Below are positions 17,088-38,075 of a stretch of DNA of 64,000 nucleotides, piece by piece (the stretch's first letter is position 1; each line of letters opens with the position of its first letter). The position numbers were made by a program, and so were the translations under genes. Below the pieces are notes generated by a model that saw only the letters and a program-made list of their open reading frames with translations, had not been told where the DNA came from and did no database searches. Source of the DNA: the human T2T-CHM13v2.0 reference genome, Homo sapiens; assembly GCF_009914755.1 (NCBI RefSeq), contig NC_060937.1. One strand, written 5' to 3'.

Positions 17088-17701
17088 GGTCTTCCAATTC
17101 TTTAGGTGATAAATCCTCTTATTTATTCAAATCTTCTTTAAATTTCTTAAGAGTGTTTTATGAGTAGGGACATGTCCATCTTTTGTAAAATATATATGTA
17201 ATATTTAAATATTATTGAAGTTTAGGAAATGTTTTATTCAAATATTTGAATAAATCGCTGATTAAAGCTTTGCTTCTTTTCTAGTGTAATTGTTTAAAGT
17301 TATGTTTCCCTCTAAGCACATTTGAACCATATTTTATTCTATCACACAGTTCAATGACTGGCTGGTGACCTTGAATTTGTACAGGTTTATTTACAGCTTT
17401 GTTAGCATGGAATGTATTGAAGCCCCACGGCATTTATGAAGCTTCTTTAACTTGGTATGAAAACAACCCCATTTCTCCTGTGGTAGGAAGCAAGCGAAAC
17501 CTCTGTTCAGTTCCTTCAGGCTTCCAGTTATTGTTTTCCACATGAATGTCCTTGAATTCAACCTTGCACACGCACAATTCAGGTTTCAGCCACTGTCTTC
17601 TTATTAGAGGTAAGCATTCTTATTGTTTTTTTATTTTTTATTTTTATTTTTATTTTATTTTATTTTATTTTCCCAGAGGTAGTGTATATTTATTCCCCTA
17701 G

Positions 17702-18035
<334 letters not shown>

Positions 18036-19430
18036 TTTTTTCTTTTTTCTGTGAGAGAAGTTTTATTTCATAATTAATTTTCATTTTGTGCATAATATAA
18101 GAATTTTTTGGTTATAGAATTTCATTTTCCCCCTCCTGTTCTTTATCTTTATGCTATTTTTGTCATATAGTTCAGTTCAATAACTGAAAACTAATGTGCC
18201 TGGTTATAATTTTCTTTAAATAACTTCTTGCTAATTTCTACATCAGAAAAATTGGTGTGTGTTTCTTCCACTCTAGATTATGGGTCACATTTTTCCAGCT
18301 TCACTAAATGGCTCATAATTTATATTTACACTGGCCATTTTCATTGTTGTGTACATTCTGGATTATGTTATCTTCTTTTACAAAATGATATGTTTTATTC
18401 AAGCAGAGGGTCAAGTTATCAGTAGATGACCTGATCTTGTGTGGGCTGATATTAGAAGTTTATTACAATTTGCCTTGTGTCCAAGGACCCACACCTTGTT
18501 CTCACTATATGATACTTTTCTGCTAAAGTGCGACCTCTCTCAAATTTTCTGAAAATATCCAATTGTTTACCAAATTCTGAATTGATAGTACTTGACTCTG
18601 TCTTCATAGCAGCAAACAGTTGCTGAAATCTCAGCTCAGGTATTTCTGCCTATCAGCTATTGCTTTCTTTAGGATCCTGTTGTCTGGCCCAAAATATGCC
18701 TACATTATGACCCAGTGAAAGGCTGGAAAATAATTTATACTCAGATTTTGGGGCTCTCCTTCTATGATTTCCCCTTTTCTTCAATTTCCAGTTATTCTGT
18801 AATCCAAAACTCTAATATCTCTACCTAGTAAGGCCACTGACTTCTGTTGAACTCTAGTCCTTGTGTGTTAGGCAGGCAACGGAGTGGCCTTCTAGAAAAG
18901 TCAGTTAAATGGAGATCTCATCCAGAGGGTTTCCCTTTTCTCTAGGTTATATCCTCCAGCTTCAGTCATATTTGGTCACCCTAGAGAATCTTTAAAAAGT
19001 TGTTAATTGTCCATTGGTAAGAGGGTTCATCTAATAAAAGTGACTAATCAATTATTAGAAGCAGTAAGGCTCTGCTAGATGTGTATGTACATACATATAA
19101 ATTTTATATCTATTACCATATCTTTCCAGAAAATTTCTAATCCTACATGTTCACCAATGATATTTGGGAGTATTCTTCCTAAATTCCTAAGAACAAAAGA
19201 TGTTATATAACTTCTAAAACATTTATAGCCATATATAAAACATAAAGTGATATGATTTTATGACTTTACTTTGTATTTCTTTGGCTACTAACCTATTTGA
19301 ATCTCTTTTCATATACTTGGCTATAATTTTGATTTGCTTTTTTATTTTTTTAAATTCACATTGCTTTTTTAGTTTCTAATTAATGTTCATTTTTTACCTT
19401 GTCAGTTTGTGAGAGCTCTTTCTAGAAGTA

Positions 19431-20320
19431 CAGCAGGTCCCCAAATAACATCACTCCATTCCACCTCATTTTGTTTTAATACTGATGAGAAGAAAATCAA
19501 TATCAAGCCAGGTCCACTTTCTGAGTGGAGTGTGTTCATTCTACCATGTTTGTATGGGTTTCCCCTGGCTACTCTGGTTTTCTCCCACATCCCAAATACG
19601 TGCATGTTTGGTGAATTGGCATGTTTACATGGTCCCCATCTGAGTTAGCATGGATGTGTGTGTGAGCGTGCTTTGCAATAAGATGGGGGTCTGTCCAGGT
19701 ATAGTTCCTGCCTTGGGCCCTGAGGTTCCAGGATAGGCTCTGGCCACCTGCCACCCTGAGCTGGACTAACCATGTTGGAAAATGAATGAATGAATGAATG
19801 AATGAACGAATACATTTTATTTGTCAAATAAAAATTTAGGGAAAATTTCCAACCTGCTTAAGATAAGCATACAACTGCAGAATAATAAACAATAAAGTGT
19901 GGTTAAAATAAAAAACATTGAACCCACCATAATTGCTATTGTTCATTTTTGAACTGTGTGGTGGTACAAGATGCACATTACAATTTTCATTTTGCACACA
20001 TTTATTTGATTTAACCCACCACTGAAACTAATGCTGTCATTCATTGAGTCACGAAAAATTTGATAAATAATTACCTTTTTTTGTTTTGATTAATCTTTCT
20101 CAAATACATGGATAGTGTATATCGACTTCAGTGTTTAATATAAGAAGTATTTTGGGTCTTTGTTTAGAAATTTGGTGGTGCTTTTGTGACCAGAAATATG
20201 CAGCAGAAACCAAACTCTTGTTTATGTCAATTAGATAATGGTAAAGTTGGTTTTGTTATACGTCATTTCTATGGAAGTTGCAGTTTCCTAGATCCTATCA
20301 ATGACGTTAAAGATTTGCTG
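19431..20320 (+). mobile_element. MER6-like TcMar-Tigger DNA transposon, full length
   Basis: Termini cagcaggtcc and gatttgctg form an imperfect inverted repeat flanked by TA (19429-19430, 20321-20322); internal 'ggttttctcccacatcccaaa' and (GAAT)n. Confidence 0.8.
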
Positions 20321-20489
20321 TATTAAAGTGTATTTTTTACCATTAGAATTTGTTGCATAATATATCTTGTTTTACATTCAAAACTATTTATAATTAAATC
20401 TGAAGTTTAATCAATATCATAGAACAAACACAAAGTAAGGCCATTTAATAAAGGAAATAAAAACATAAATAAAAAACTAATAATTCCAT

Positions 20490-20720
20490 GGTGCTTAAAA
20501 AGTGCTGGGCATTGTGCCAAAAAAATTAATTATATTTATACATTTAATCCTTCTAGCAATCCTAGGATTAAAGAACTATTCTTATTCCCACTTTAATAGA
20601 GTAAAATAGGTACTCTGTTTAGTATATTGCCCAAGGAAACAACTATGAGTAAATGGGAAAGTCAAATTTTAAATCTCGCCAATCTTGCTCATGTCCTGCA
20701 TTTTTATGCATTACAAAATA
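20490..20720 (-). mobile_element. MIR relic
   Basis: 'catttaatccttctagcaatcctagg...attcccactttaataga...ttgcccaagg'. Confidence 0.6.
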
Positions 20721-20899
20721 CTGCTTCATGTATATATGTACGGAAGTATTTTATTGACAATGTTTTTTGCCTATTCCTCAAAACAGATTACTCTTGGTCT
20801 TAAAATATGATCATTAATTTCATTTTAAAACTAGTTATTTACTATGTTTTTTACTACATATACTTACATCAAAATATGGGAGCACATAAGTTTGTTGAT

Positions 20900-23800
20900 A
20901 TTTTAACTTTTAGTTTAGATTCAAGGAGTACATGTGCACATTTGTTACAAGGGCATATTGCATGATGTTGAGGTTTGACGAAAAACTGAACCCATCACCC
21001 AAGTAGTGACCATGGTATTCAATGGTAATTTTTAAATCCCTGCCGTGTCCTCACTTTTGCTGTAGTCCGCAGTATCGATCGTTCTCATCTTCATGTCCAT
21101 GAGTACTCAATGTTTAGCTACCACTCATAAGTAAGAACATGCAATATTTGATTTTCTGTTCCTGTGTTCATTCACTTAGGTTAAGGCCTCCAGCTACATC
21201 CATGTTGCTGCAAAGGACATGATTTCATTCTTTCTTATTGCTGCATAGTATTGCATGGAGGATTTATACCATGTTTACTTTATCCAATCCACCACTGATG
21301 GACACCTAGATTGATTTCACATTTTTGTTGTTGCAAATAGTGCTGAAATGAACATGGTAGTGCATGTATCTTTTTCGTAAAATAATTTATATTCCTTTTG
21401 ATATATACCCAGTAATGGGATTGCTGGAATGAATGGTAGTTCTGTTTTTCGTTCTTTGAGAAATCTCCAAACTGCTTTCCTCAGGAGATTAATTAATTTA
21501 CATTCCCACCAACGGTGTATAAGTGTTCCCTTTTCTATACAGCCTCACCAGCATCTGTTGTTTTTTGTTTGACTTTTTAATAATAGTCATCCTGGTATAT
21601 CATTGTAGTTTTTATTTTCATTTCTCTGATGATTAGTGATGTGGAGAATTTTTCATATCCTTGTTGGCTGCATGTATGTCTAGTTTTGAGAAGTGCCTGT
21701 TCATGTCCTTTGCCTAATTTTTAATGAGGTGGTTTTTTTTTTCTCTTTGATTTGTTTAAGTTCCTTATAGATTATGGATACTAGGCCTTTGTTGGATTCA
21801 TAGTTTGCAAATATATTTTCCCAATCTGTAGTTTGTCTGTTTACTCGATTGGTAGTTTCTTTTGCTGTGCAGAAGCTTTTTAGTTTAATTGGGTCCCATT
21901 TGTCAATTTTTGTTTTTGTTTCAATTGTTTCTGTGGATGTAGTCATGAATTATTTGCCAAGGCTTTGACCAGGAAAATATTTCCTAGAGTTTCTTCTATG
22001 GTTTTTATAGTTTGAGCTCTTGCACTTAAGTCCTTATCAGTCTTGAGTTAATTTTTGTATATTGTAAGATGTAGGGGCCCAGTTCTATTCTTCAGCTTAT
22101 GGATATCCAATTATCCCAGCACCTTTTATTGAATGGGGAGTCTTTTCCCTCGTTGATTATTTTTGTTCACTTTGTCAAAGATCAGTTAGTTTGGGGTATG
22201 GCTTCATTTCTGGGTTTTCTAATCTGTTACATTGGTCTATGTGTTTGTTTTTGTGCCAGTACATTCTGTATTGGTTACTGTAGCCTTGCAGTATAGTTTG
22301 AAATGTGATGACTCCAGCTTTATTCTTTTTGCTGAGGATTGCTTTGGCTATTCAAGCTCTGTTTTTGGTTCCATATGAATTTTAGAATAGTTTTTTTTCT
22401 AATACTGTGAAAAAATGACATTGATCATTTGATAAGAACAGGGTTGAATCTGTATATTGCTTTGAGCTGTATGGTCATTTTAAGAATATCAATTCTTCCA
22501 ATCTATGAGCATGGAATGTTTTTCCATTTGTTCGTGTCATCTCTGATTTCTTTCAGCAGTGTTTTGTAGTTCTCTTTGTAGATATCTCTCACCTCCTTGA
22601 TTTGCTATATGCCTAAGTACTTTATTTCTTGTGACTATTATAAATGGGAGTGTGTTCTTGATTTGGTTCTTACCTTGAACATTATTGGTGTATATAAATG
22701 CTAGTGATTTTTGTATGTTGATTTTATATCTTGAAATTTTACCAAAGTAATTTATCAGTTCCAGGAGTCTTCTGGCAAAGTATTTAGGGTTTTCTAAGTA
22801 TAGAGTCACATCACCAGTGAAGAGTGTTAGTCTAACTACTTCTTTTCTTATTTGGATGATTTTATTTGTTTATTTTGCCTCATTTATCTGGCTAGGACTT
22901 CCAGTACTATGTCAAATAGGAGTGATGAGGGTGGTCATCCTTGTCTTGTTCTAGTTCTCAAGGGGAATATTTCCAGCTTTGCCTGTACAGTATGATATTG
23001 GCTATGGTTTGTCATAAATGGCTTTTATTATTTTGAGGTATATTCCTTCAATGTCTAGTTTGTTAAGGGTTTTTACCATGAATATTTATTGGATGTTTTC
23101 AAAAGCTTTTTTTGTGTCTATTGAGATGATCATTTGGTTTTTGTTTTCAATTCTGTTTATGTGTTGAGCTGCATTTGTAGATTAGCTTATGTTGAATCAA
23201 CCTTGCATCCCAGGGATAAAGCCTACTTGGTCATGGTGAATTAGCTTTTTCATGTGCTGCTGGATTTGGTTTACTAGTAGTTTGTTGAGAATTTTTGCTT
23301 CTGTGTTCATCAGGGATATTGGCCTGTAGACTTTTTTTTTGTCTCTTTGACAGATGTTGGTATCAGGGTGATGTTATTTTTCTAGAATCACTTAGGAAGG
23401 AGTACCTCTGCCTCAATTTTTTGAAATAGTTTCGGTATAATTGCTCCCAGCTCTTCTTTGATATCTGGTAGAATTTAGCTGTGAATCCATCTGGTCCTAA
23501 GATTTTTTCCTGGTTGTTAGGTTTTCTATTACTGATTCTATTTCAGAACTCATTATTGGTCTGTTTAGGGTTTCAGTTTTCTCCTGATGTAAACTTGGGA
23601 GACTGTCTTTACAGGAATTTATCCATTTATCCTAGGTTTTCAAGTTTGTGTAAACAGAGGTGATCAAAATAGTCTGTGAAGATCTTTTGTATTACAGTGG
23701 GATCAATTGTAATGTCACCTTCGTCATTTCTGATTGTGCTTAATTGTAATGTCACCTTTGTCATTTCTGATTGTGCTTATTTGGGTCTTCTCTCTTTTTT

Positions 23801-25410
23801 TCTTTGTTAATCTAGCTAGTGGTCCAATGATCTTGTTTATCCTTCAAAAAACCAACCTTTTGTTTAATTGATCCTTAGTATGGATTCTGGGATCTCAATT
23901 TCATTTGGTTCTGCTTTAATTTTAGTTGTTTTTTTTCTGCTACCTTTGTGGTTAGTTTGTTCTTGTCTTTAAAATTTCTCTGAGTGTGATGTCAGATTGT
24001 TAATTTGTGATCTTTCTAACTTCGTGTTATAGGTATCTAGTGCTATAAACTTTCCTCTTAACACTGTTTTTGCCACATCTCAGAGATTTTGGTATGTTGT
24101 GTCACTTTTTGTCATTTATTTCAAAGAATTATTTTTATTTCTGCCTTAAATTTGTTTTTTACCCAAAAGTCATTCAGGAACAAATTGTTTACTTTCTATG
24201 TAATTATGTGATTTTGAGAGATACTCTTTTTATTAATTTCTATTTTTATTCCACTTTCATTTGAAATTATACTCGGTAAGATTTTGACTTTTTTGAATTT
24301 ATTGAGAATTGCATTATGCTGTAAATGTTTTTGATCTTACAGTATGTTCCACTGGCAGATGAGGAGAATATATATTGTGTGATTGATAGGTGAGGTATTC
24401 AGCTGATGTCTATTAGGTCCAATTGGTTATTGTAAAATTTATGTCCAGAAATTCTTTGTTTTTTTTTCTGCCACTATGCTCTAATACCTTTAGTGAGGTG
24501 TTGAAATCCCCTACTATTATTGTGTGACTATGTCTTTCATAAGTTCAGACATACTTGTTTTAGAAATCTGAGTATTCCAGTGTTGGATGTTTTTATGTTT
24601 AGAAAAATTAAGGCTTCTCGTTGAATGGAACCCTTCATTATTATGTAATAACCTTAATTGTCCTTTTTAACTGCTATTGGTTGAAAGGCTCTTTTATATG
24701 ATGCAAGAATAGCAACCTCTGCTCTTTTCTGAGTGATCAATCTGTCTCTATGCCTTTACTTTTAGCCTATGGACTCATTACATATGAGATAGGTCTCTGG
24801 AAAAGAGTAGAATTTTGGGTCTTGTTTTTTCATTTTCTTCTTTTTTTTTAAAATTGGCATTTACATTCAAGGTTAACATTGATATGTGAAGTTTTGATCA
24901 TGTCATGCCCCCATGCCATGGAAAAGGCATCCCTGCTCTCTCCCTACCTGGCAATCAGCAGGGCTATTATTAATCAGAATGAGATGGAGAGCTTGGGGGA
25001 TGGACACCTATAGTCATATTTGGCTGCAGTAGCACTGTGCACCATGAAACCTTCTGGGTTCCATGCAAGTTGGAGCTCTCTCTCTGCCTACACTCCAGGC
25101 AGGTCCCCCTGGCAATTCAAATCTTTATGTGAGATCATGAGATCTCTTGCAGCTATGATCTCAGAGATCTTTGGCAGGACTGTGGTGCCCTAGAGTTCCT
25201 TCACTTACCCCTTTCTTAGGATGTGTTCAGGAACGGGAGCCAGTCCTGATGCTCAGTAACTCTGCAAACTTCCCAGCTTTCACCTCTCTATCAACTTTCA
25301 GTGATTTTTTTTCTCAAAAGATCTGTTTAAAGTGTGATAGTTTATATCATATTTTGGTTTCTCTCAGTAAGAGAGATGTTTCTCATCTGCATCTAGTTGG
25401 CCACCTTAGT
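20900..25410 (-). mobile_element. Old L1PA15/16-like element: 3'UTR, disrupted ORF2 and about 500 bp of 5'UTR; ORF1 absent
   Basis: 3' end 'gtacatgtgcacatttgttacaagggcatattgcatgatgttgaggtttg'; ORF2 remnants ([19 protein letters not shown]; LYLENPK); 5' end reads 'aaggtggccaactagatgcag' on the minus strand near 25405. Confidence 0.85.
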
Positions 25411-26306
25411 TGTCCCTGACTGATGTCCTGACTTTCAAAAAAATGTAATTCTGTAATTGATTTCAAAATATTAGTCTGAGCATTTTTCTTTGTAATTTTA
25501 AGGTTTGCAGCTTTTCTGGAAATAATAGCATACATGCTTTTATTTAATTTATTTTCTTATTTTAAAGATTTATTAATTTAATTTTTACCATTTAAAAATA
25601 TACAGGAAAATTCACATGTTTTGCTTGAATTACAACAGTAGGCACCAACAAATAGTGTATTAGGTATAAAATATCAGTTTATAAGCGTATTAGATTGACT
25701 GCTAATGCAGAACAAAAGGTAAACAGAGTAATGACTCAAATTCAAATGGATAAATCTGGCAAGTCATGAATAAGTTGTCTCATATTATCTAAAAAAGGAG
25801 CTAAAAGATTGTGGGTAAAGAAGGAGAAATAGTGATTTAAATGAATAATAAAGTCATATTTTAGATAATCATATATTTGAATCATCAGAAATGTGTAATT
25901 ATTTTCATCTCAAAGAGGTAACGCTTTACACTTACTTAGTAAAATCTATGCATAGTTAAATCAAAGCACAAAAATAAAAACAGCATATATGTGGGTGAAA
26001 GATTCTTGGAATGAAGTAGAAAATTGTTTTTATTTCTCCAAAAAGTATATGTGAAATAAACATGTACAAAGAGAAAATACATTGGTAAATATTGTACATA
26101 GAGGTATTCATCCTGAAATTTAACCAAAGTAAATATATCATGCATTTATTGAATTTATAATTATTTCCAAAGAGTCATTTTATAATGTTATTTTGGAGAG
26201 TTGAAAATCATTTAGTATTGAGACAACAGTCTCTCTATATACAAATGCATAAATTGTTTATTTTAGAAATATTTCTATTCAGTATTTCCCAGCACTTTTG
26301 TTTCTT

Positions 26307-32640
<6,334 letters not shown>

Positions 32641-32799
32641 CACTTTTGTGTCTTAAAATGAAAAGAGATGATAAATATTTGGTTTTAAAAATGTAAATTA
32701 AAAGCAAATGAGTAAAACAATTATTCTTAAGAAATTTACATTGTATTATTATTGCATTTGGGAAGAATATCCTCTTAATTAATTTTATTGTCTTCATCA

Positions 32800-32910
32800 T
32801 AGATCTGCAAAATTTTTTTTTGTAAATAGCCAGATAGTAACTATTTTAGGCTTTTTGAGTCATAGGGTCTCCGTGCCAAATACTTCATTTTAGGATGAAT
32901 GCAGCACAAA
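32800..32910. mobile_element. MER58-like hAT-Charlie fragment
   Basis: 'tgtaaatagccagatagtaactattttaggcttt'. Confidence 0.55.
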
Positions 32911-33399
32911 AAATACAATTTAATTAGGGACAAATGATCTTGTATTAGACAATCATTTCAGCAAGTAAGAATTAGAAAATTTTAAAATATATGCATAAAA
33001 AGGAAGACAATGGGAAATGATCATAGACAGAAAGAATGTGCAAATTCAGTTCTAGAAAGACCAGAAGCACACTGATGTCCACATTTACGAGCTTCTTTTG
33101 TGTCCTTATCTACCCTTTATTTATAATGAAGAAAAAAGTCATGGAGAAATCTGCATACTTATTGACTAGGAGTGGCAGAGTCCACAGGGACTGGTGATTG
33201 TGCAGGTAAATTCAGGAATGGATGGTCAAAGCTGATGAGGCTCACTATCTGCATAAAATTTGTTATGTTCTTGATTAGCACAATCAGGAGAGAAGTCCCA
33301 CCAAATCAAAAGGAGGTCATAAATGTCTCAGATTTTTGAAATGTCATACTCTCTAAAAGTGTAGAATAAGTTTTAACAAATGTAAAGTTACCAGTCCAT

Positions 33400-34610
<1,211 letters not shown>

Positions 34611-34898
34611 CAGGGATGATTATAATTTTTTTCTCACTTGTATGTAATACATCTTTTTTTTCTGTTTGCCAGTGTTTTAAAAAATTAAACATGCATTTAC
34701 CTTATTGTACATAAGTAATGTGTCAATACGTTGAATTAAAAAAAATTCTTCTGCTGCCTGTATCCTACATAATAATAAATTCAGTATGTTACTGGATATG
34801 TATTGTCAGGAAACAAAACTCTATATACAATCCACAAAAAGAAGAAGATGCAAAATAATTAAATGTATCTAGGCCAATGAATAGACATGAGCAAATAT

Positions 34899-35010
34899 AG
34901 CTGGTTATAGTGGTACATGCCTGTAGTACCACTCACTCAGGATCACTTGAGACCAGGAGATCAAATCCAGCCTGGACAACACAGTGAGAGCTCCATCTTT
35001 AAAAACTAAA
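34899..35010 (+). mobile_element. Alu monomer (FLAM-like) relic
   Basis: 'gtggtacatgcctgtagt...ggatcacttgagaccaggag...ccagcctggacaacacagtgaga'. Confidence 0.7.
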
Positions 35011-35362
35011 CAAACAGATATAAGCAAATTTATTCCAGAAAGTAAATCAAACAATCTATGTACCACATTACGACAAAGAAGAAGATGAATTTCCAAAACA
35101 ATGGGACAAATGTTAACCATAAATTTAACATTTATGAACTACAATTTGCAGCATCATATAGAAATACCACTGGTCTGACAATAGAAGTTTATAAGGATTT
35201 TTTAGTGTATTTGGGTTATTTTTGATTTTCATTTCTGCTGTGTGTTACAAATTACCATAATTATTTTGTCCTCTTTGAATAACACGGGTGGAATGAAAAA
35301 CAAAGTTGGTGAAGCCATGATAACATAAAAATAGCAATTTTTACTGCAAATACTATGGGAGT

Positions 35363-36266
35363 TTTTAAAATTATTATACTTTAAATTCTAGGGTACATGT
35401 GCATAATGTGCAGGTTTGATACGTAGGTATACATGTGCCATGTTAGTGAGCTGCACCTGTCAACTCATCATTTATATTAGGTATTTATCCTAATGTTATC
35501 CCTCCCCCAGCACCCCACCCCCCGAGAGGCCCCAGTGTGTGATGTTCCCTGCCCTGTGTCCAAGTGATCTCATTGTTCAATTCCCACCTATGAGTGAAAA
35601 CATGCAGTGTTTGGTTTTCTGTCCTTGTGATAATTTGCTGAGAATGATGGTTTCCATCTCCATCCATGTCACTGCAAAGGACATGAACTCATCCTTTTTT
35701 ATGGCTGCATAGTATTCCATGGTGTGTATGTGCCGCATTTTCTTAATCCAGTCTATCATTGATAGACATTTGGGTTGTTTCCAAGTCTTTGTTATTGTGA
35801 ATAGTGCCGCAATAAACATACGTGTGCATGTGTCTTTATAGTAGCATGATTTATAATCCTTTGGGTATGTAGCCAGTAATGGGATTGCTGGGTCAAATGG
35901 TAATTCTAGTTCCAGCTCCTTGAGGAATCACCACACTGACTTCCACAATGGTTGAACTAATTTACACTCCCACCAACAATGTAAAAGCATTCCTGTTTTT
36001 CCACATCCTCTCCAGCATGTGTTGTTTCCTGACATTTTAATGATTGCCATTCTAACTGGCATGAGATGGTATATCATTGTCGTTTTGATTTGCATTTCTC
36101 TGATGACCAGTGATGATGAGCATTTTTTCATGTGTCTATTGGCTGCATAAATGTCTTCTTTTGAGAAATGTCTGTTCATATCCTTTACCCACTTTTTGAC
36201 GGGGTTGTTTGTTATTTTCTTGTAAATTTGTTTGAGTTCTTTGTAGATTCTGGATATTAGCCATTT
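35363..36266 (-). mobile_element. 5'-truncated L1PA (about PA6/7) 3' fragment
   Basis: ORF2 C-terminal peptides [24 protein letters not shown] and MFIAALFTI..; 3'UTR present; short flanking repeat gggagt. Confidence 0.93.
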
Positions 36267-36720
36267 GGGGAGTGTATTTTTATAGTCAAAAGAATAACAA
36301 TATGTGTAAGCTATATAACTCTATGTAGCTTTTAGTATGACATAACCCTATTCTCTTCTTGTCCTATTAGGTGACTGATAATTAGACAAAAATTTCAAAG
36401 ACATGTTGTATTAATAACTAAATTTCTTTTATTCTGCTTGTTCCTGTGCTATGTGAGAATAGCCTACTAAATATGCAATATGTATAAGAAATTAATTGAA
36501 CAACAAACAAGATAACGCTTTTCATTTACATAAATTTTGCAAATACACACTCAATATTCTTGAAAATGTATTCATTGTCATTATTCTTCCAGTTATGTTT
36601 AATGTTTATAAAATCTGGGTTATTTTCAATCTTGGATATTTGCAATGTTTCTAATTTTGTTCTTGTAATTTAAAAGGGAGTAAATAACAACACCAAAACA
36701 AATAAGCAAAAAAGCCTTCT

Positions 36721-36924
36721 TAAGAATGATTTCACTTTATCCATTTTAATAAGTTTGCTGGAAACATGGCAAACATTTATGTATATCTCATAATGTCCTG
36801 AGTGTATGTGTGTATACACATACATATATATACACACATACACTCAGGTCATTATGAGATATACATAAATGTTTGCCATGTTTCCAGCAAACTTATTAAA
36901 ATGGATAAAGTGAAATTATTGTTA
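36721..36924. repeat. Long inverted repeat (96-bp arms, 12-bp spacer)
   Basis: 36721-36816 is the reverse complement of 36829-36924 with 3 mismatches by my count. Confidence 0.97.
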
Positions 36925-37707
36925 TGAGATCATGAAACATCTTAAGATACACAAGACATACTTTTATTCATGGATCTATTTCAGGTCTTTTGCTTCCTCT
37001 CATTTGGAATGATCTCCTTTGGAATGGTTCATAATTAAATCCCCTCATTATTTATCTGCTTTTCTCTCTGCATTTCAATCTAGTCATCTTGCCCTTTTGG
37101 TTTGTGTGACCATATGTCAAATTTGATATTTGTAAACTATTAATTAATGGAGTATAGAGAGAACAATGTTCTAAAATTGGGTGTTTACTCAAAGAATTCT
37201 TACCCACTGTATTCCACTACTTTATCTGTGGTAACTATAGTGTTTCTCAGACCACAATTAGTAACTTTTATTTACCCCATTTCTGCTATGTTCTGGTCTG
37301 TGAATTACAGTCTCTAAAAATTTGGTTTTGGCTACTGACATTCGTAATCAATTCTCAGGACGTTATCTCCATCATCACTTGACCTCAGTTTTATTCCAGG
37401 TTTTATGCTACCACCAGTTTGCTATCTGTAATTTCTTTATTTTGATTAATGTATTGTCTATATTTGTTGAAAATTGCTTCCAACTTTATTGAATTATGTC
37501 TGTCAAACCACTTTTAATACATTATTTTAATTAAAGCTATAAAAATATAATTCTTAATTAACTTAATTCAATGTTATCAAATAAAGACATTGCTATGTAT
37601 AACAATATTGTATTTTGTGGATGTCATAGGAAGCTGCTAATTCAGTGTTTGGTAGTATATATTTTTAATGATTATTAGAGATTAGTTTAACTTTCTCCTT
37701 TTTTTTT

Positions 37708-38075
37708 TGTCTTAGTTGAGGCTGCCATAACAAAATATGATAAACTGGGTGGTTTCTGAATAGCATAAATTTATTTCTCACACTTTTGGAGTCTGGAAAT
37801 GTAAGATCAGTGTGCCAGCATGGTTGGGTTCCGGTGAGGGCACTCTTAAGGGTTGCAGACTGCTATCTACCTGTTACACCCTTACATGGGGGAAAGAATG
37901 ACAGAGAGCGTTCTGTGATCCCTTTTATGACACTAATCCCATTCATGAGGATTTCGCCCACCATGACCTAATTACCCCCCAAAGACCCCACCTCCTAATA
38001 CCACTACATTGGGGATTAAACTTTCTAGAATTTTAACAAATAAATTTGGAGAACACAAACATTCAGCCCACTGCA
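37708..38075 (-). mobile_element. MaLR solo LTR (MLT1A/MST-like)
   Basis: 'tgtcttagttgaggctgccataacaaaata...ccatgacctaattacccccaaagacccacctcctaatacc...aacattcagcccactgca'. Confidence 0.85.

Noticed and set aside
20890-25440. TSD for the old L1 (tgatattttaactttt versus tgatgtcctgactttc)
   Set aside because: Too many mismatches to support.
36721-36924. Annotated pre-miRNA or MADE1 MITE
   Set aside because: The stem is much longer and more perfect than typical pre-miRNAs, and it lacks mariner terminal repeat sequence; kept only as a palindrome.
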